Positions 17,861-20,632 of a DNA stretch of 20,632 nucleotides are shown one piece after another. Where the stretch lies: assembly GCA_039591655.1 (NCBI GenBank), contig JBDHDE010000052.1, forward strand, positions 1-20,632. The letters run 5' to 3'. The stretch is from Gemmatimonadota bacterium (GTDB lineage: Bacteria; Gemmatimonadota; Gemmatimonadetes; Gemmatimonadales; GWC2-71-9). Under the pieces are notes generated by a model. The model was given only the letters and a program-made list of their open reading frames with translations. It was not told the DNA's origin and searched no databases. Position 1 is the first letter of the stretch; every line of letters starts with the position of its first letter. Made by a program: the position numbers and the translations under genes.

Positions 17861-19207
17861 TCACGTCGCTCCTTCGTTGTACTCCTCGAGGTCTCGTTTC
17901 ACGTCGGCCATGAAACGATCCGCATCGGCGCCGTCCACGATCCGGTGATCGTAGGACAGTGACAGCAGCCCCATCGTCCGGATCGCGATGACGTCCTGCC
18001 CGTCTTCCAGCGTGATGACCTTGGGACGCTTCTCGATGGCGCCGATTCCCAGGATCGCCACCTGCGGCTGATTGATGATCGGAGCGCCGCTGTAGGACCC
18101 GAACACGCCTGGGTTGGTGATGGTGAAGGTCCCCTGCTGGACCTCGTCGGGGCTCAACCGCTTGGTGCGGGCACGCTCGGCCAGGTCCGCCATCCGCTTC
18201 GCGATGCCCAGCAAGGAGAGCTCGTCGGCGCCCCTTAGCACGGGTACGATGAGCCCCCAATCGAGGGCCACCGCGATGCCGATGTTGACTGCCTTCCGAT
18301 AGACGATGGTGTCGCCGCTCGCCGAGGCGTTGACCACCCGGTGCTTGCGGAGATTGTCGGCGATCACCTTGGTGATGAAGGCGAGGTACGTCGGGCTGGC
18401 GCCGCGCTCGGCGAATTCGCCCTTGAGTCGCTGCCGGATGCCCACGATCCTGGTGTAATCCACCTCGTAGAAGCTGGTCACGTGAGCCGAGACGCGCCGG
18501 GACATGACCATGTGGTCGGCCGTGAGCCTGCGAATGCGGCTCATCGGCACGACCTCGTCCCCGGGCCAGGCCTCGACAACCGGATGCTCCACCGCTCCCG
18601 GGGGAGCCGCCGGGGCCGGCGCGCCCGGGCGGGGTGCCGGGACCCCGGGGGCCGCCTTGTGCGCGCCGCTCTCGATGTACGCCAGGATGTCCTTCTTGGT
18701 CACGCGACCCGCGTGCCCGCTGCCCTCCACGCGGCTTATGTCGACGGCATGCTCGGCAGCGATGCGCCGCACCAGCGGGGTGGACCGGCGCTGCAGGCGC
18801 TCGTCGGCAGTCTCCGCCGTGCCGTTGCCGTCGCCGGAGGGGGTGGTCGGTGGCGCGGGCGCCGGCGCGACTGACGAGGGCGGCGGTGGGGCCGGCGTTG
18901 CTGCGGGCTCAGCCGCCTTCGACGCGGGTGGCTCGGCAGCCGGGATCACCGCCCCGGCTGTGGCCTTCTCCGTCTCGAGCACGGCCACCACCGTCTGCAC
19001 CTCCACCGTCTCCCCTTCCTGCACCTTGATCTCCACGAGCACACCGGAGGCCGGCGAGGGGATCTCCGCATCCACCTTGTCCGTGGAGATCTCCAGAATC
19101 GCCTCGTCGCGCTTCACCTCGTCGCCCACCTGCCTCAGCCAGCGAGAGACCGTGCCCTCGGCGATGGACTCCCCCATCTGCGGCATGATGACGTTTACAC
19201 GGGCCAT
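17861..19207 (-). CDS. 2-oxoacid dehydrogenase E2, dihydrolipoamide acyltransferase with one lipoyl domain
   Basis: MPQMGESIAEG, lipoyl-Lys EISTDKVDAE, Pro/Ala linker, E3-binding TPLVRRIA...GSGHAGRVTKKD, TFTITN, PIINQPQ, catalytic YDHRIVDG. Confidence 0.95.
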   Translation of the reverse strand: MARVNVIMPQMGESIAEGTVSRWLRQVGDEVKRDEAILEISTDKVDAEIPSPASGVLVEIKVQEGETVEVQTVVAVLETEKATAGAVIPAAEPPASKAAEPAATPAPPPPSSVAPAPAPPTTPSGDGNGTAETADERLQRRSTPLVRRIAAEHAVDISRVEGSGHAGRVTKKDILAYIESGAHKAAPGVPAPRPGAPAPAAPPGAVEHPVVEAWPGDEVVPMSRIRRLTADHMVMSRRVSAHVTSFYEVDYTRIVGIRQRLKGEFAERGASPTYLAFITKVIADNLRKHRVVNASASGDTIVYRKAVNIGIAVALDWGLIVPVLRGADELSLLGIAKRMADLAERARTKRLSPDEVQQGTFTITNPGVFGSYSGAPIINQPQVAILGIGAIEKRPKVITLEDGQDVIAIRTMGLLSLSYDHRIVDGADADRFMADVKRDLEEYNEGAT

Positions 19208-19316
19208 GTGTTCTCTCCTACGCCCATTCTCTGTTCGAGCCTGGTTGCATTCCGTCGCGAGCCTTCAACATACGCGGGATCGAGTCAATCTGGGAGACTC
19301 TGCGCTCGCTTACCCC

Positions 19317-20303
19317 CTAGTACGCCAGGAGGCGCCGCGCCATCTCTACCACGTCCTCGGTCTGCGGCAGGACGTAGTCCTCCAGCGGCGGAGCGTACGG
19401 CAGCGGTGCGTCGCGGGCCGTGACCCGCAGGATCGGACCGTCCAACCATTCGAAGGCCTGCTCGTTCACCCGCGCGGCGATCTCGCCCGCTACACCGCCG
19501 GTGCGGGTGTCCTCGTGCGCGATCAGCAGCTTGTTGGTCTTTCGCACTGACGCCACGATGGCCGCGTCGTCCATGGGCAGTAGGGTCCGCAGATCCAAGA
19601 CCTCCGCCGACGCCCCTTCCTCACGCTCCAACACCTCGGCGGCCTCCAGTGCCTTCCACACCATCGCCGACCAGGTGACGATGGAGAGGTCGGTTCCCTC
19701 CCGCGCGACTCTGGCCTTCCCGATGGGGGTGACCACCTCTTCGCCCTCGGGCAACTCCTCCTTGATGCGGCGATACAGGTACTTGTGCTCGAAGTAGATG
19801 ACCGGGTCCTCGTCGCGGATCGCCGCCTTGATGAGACCCTTCGCGTCCCGCGCCGTGGCGGGGCACACCAGCTTGAGCCCGGGCGTATGGAAGAACGCAG
19901 CCTCCGGCAGTTGGGAGTGAAATGGTCCCCCGCGCACGTAGCCGCCGGAAGGTCCCCGAACGACCAGGGGCGTGGCCAACCCCGCCCGGTACCGGGCCGT
20001 CGCGACGTAGTTGGTGAGGATGTCGTACGCGGCGGCGATGAAGTCGATGAATTGCATCTCTGCCACCGGCCGAAGCCCCATGTGCGCGGCCCCCGCGGCA
20101 GCGCCGACGATGGCGGTCTCGGAGATGGGCGTGTCCAGCACCCGGGACGGCCCGAAGCGCTCCAGGAATCCGTCGGTGACCTTGAAGGCGCCCCCGTAGC
20201 GGCCCACGTCCTCCCCGAGGATGAACACGCGCTCATCCTGCTCCATCTCCTCCCACAGGCCCTGGCGCAGGGCCTCGAGGTAGGTCACTTCAGACATCGG
20301 CAT
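19317..20303 (-). CDS. 2-oxoacid dehydrogenase E1 beta subunit (branched-chain/pyruvate type)
   Basis: LGEDVGRYGGAF, DTPISE, AEMQFIDF, GGPFHSQ, DAKGLIKAAIRDEDPVIYFEHK, DLRTLLP; start could be 20297. Confidence 0.94.
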   Translation of the reverse strand: MPMSEVTYLEALRQGLWEEMEQDERVFILGEDVGRYGGAFKVTDGFLERFGPSRVLDTPISETAIVGAAAGAAHMGLRPVAEMQFIDFIAAAYDILTNYVATARYRAGLATPLVVRGPSGGYVRGGPFHSQLPEAAFFHTPGLKLVCPATARDAKGLIKAAIRDEDPVIYFEHKYLYRRIKEELPEGEEVVTPIGKARVAREGTDLSIVTWSAMVWKALEAAEVLEREEGASAEVLDLRTLLPMDDAAIVASVRKTNKLLIAHEDTRTGGVAGEIAARVNEQAFEWLDGPILRVTARDAPLPYAPPLEDYVLPQTEDVVEMARRLLAY

Positions 20304-20381
20304 GCGTTCGGGAGTACCGCTGGAATGGACGGGTGGGAGCGCCGCGGGCTCCGGCCGCTAGGCGGCGGTCGCGCTGCACGT

Positions 20382-20597
20382 TCAGGCGGAGACCTGTGCG
20401 TCGTACCCCGCCGCTTTCACCGCCTCCACGAGGGCCGCGGGCTGCGCCCGGGCATCATCGAAATCCACCTCTGCGACACCTTCCGCCAGGTCGACGAACG
20501 CGCCCCACACCCCAGATACGCCCTTGAGCGCCTGCTCGACCTTGGCGACGCAGTGCTCGCACGTCATGCCGGATACCGCTAGTTGGACAGATGCCAT
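20382..20597 (-). CDS. heavy-metal-associated (HMA) domain protein, CopZ-like chaperone
   Basis: GMTCEHCVAKVEQAL..VSGV...AVKAAGY, 71 aa. Confidence 0.9.
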   Translation of the reverse strand: MASVQLAVSGMTCEHCVAKVEQALKGVSGVWGAFVDLAEGVAEVDFDDARAQPAALVEAVKAAGYDAQVSA

Positions 20598-20632
20598 TGA
20601 CGAATCAGTAGGCTCCCCGCACCTCGTGCCGC

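Noticed and set aside
18590..18960. Pro/Ala-rich low-complexity repeats
   Set aside because: Ordinary flexible linkers of the E2 subunit, not DNA repeats.
19260..19290. Internal promoter for E2 (TTGACT ... TATGTT on the minus strand)
   Set aside because: The hexamers are only 10 nt apart; at 17-nt spacing the -10 (AAGGCT) is poor.

Overview
GC-rich bacterial chromosomal window, nearly all genes on the minus strand. The RpoA N-terminus and gene order resemble Gemmatimonadota (inference only). Left part: gmd plus an Rmd-like reductase, divergent rpmB, and a free-standing alpha operon (rpmJ-rpsM-rpsK-rpsD-rpoA-rplQ) with its own sigma70 promoter. Middle: smpB-amidase-TPR lipoprotein-pyrD-pyrF-hypothetical operon and tRNA-Leu(CAG). 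Right part: HMA chaperone, 2-oxoacid dehydrogenase E1-beta and lipoyl E2, small hypothetical, PHP protein, peroxiredoxin, trxB, MBL hydrolase, AhpD-like protein, AspA/FumC-family lyase, Rrf2 regulator and MoeB-rhodanese. Main discovery: two genes the ORF track breaks at an in-frame TGA are probable selenoproteins. One is a cysteine-free BCP-type peroxiredoxin (PxxxTxxU, U48); the other is an AhpD-like protein (CxxUxxxH, U83). Each has a candidate SECIS hairpin just 3' of the UGA. They flank trxB and lie downstream of the lipoyl E2, suggesting a selenium version of a lipoamide/AhpD/peroxiredoxin antioxidant relay. IscR-type-1-like boxes and a SigR/SigH-like ECF promoter are also visible. No mobile elements or CRISPR arrays were seen.
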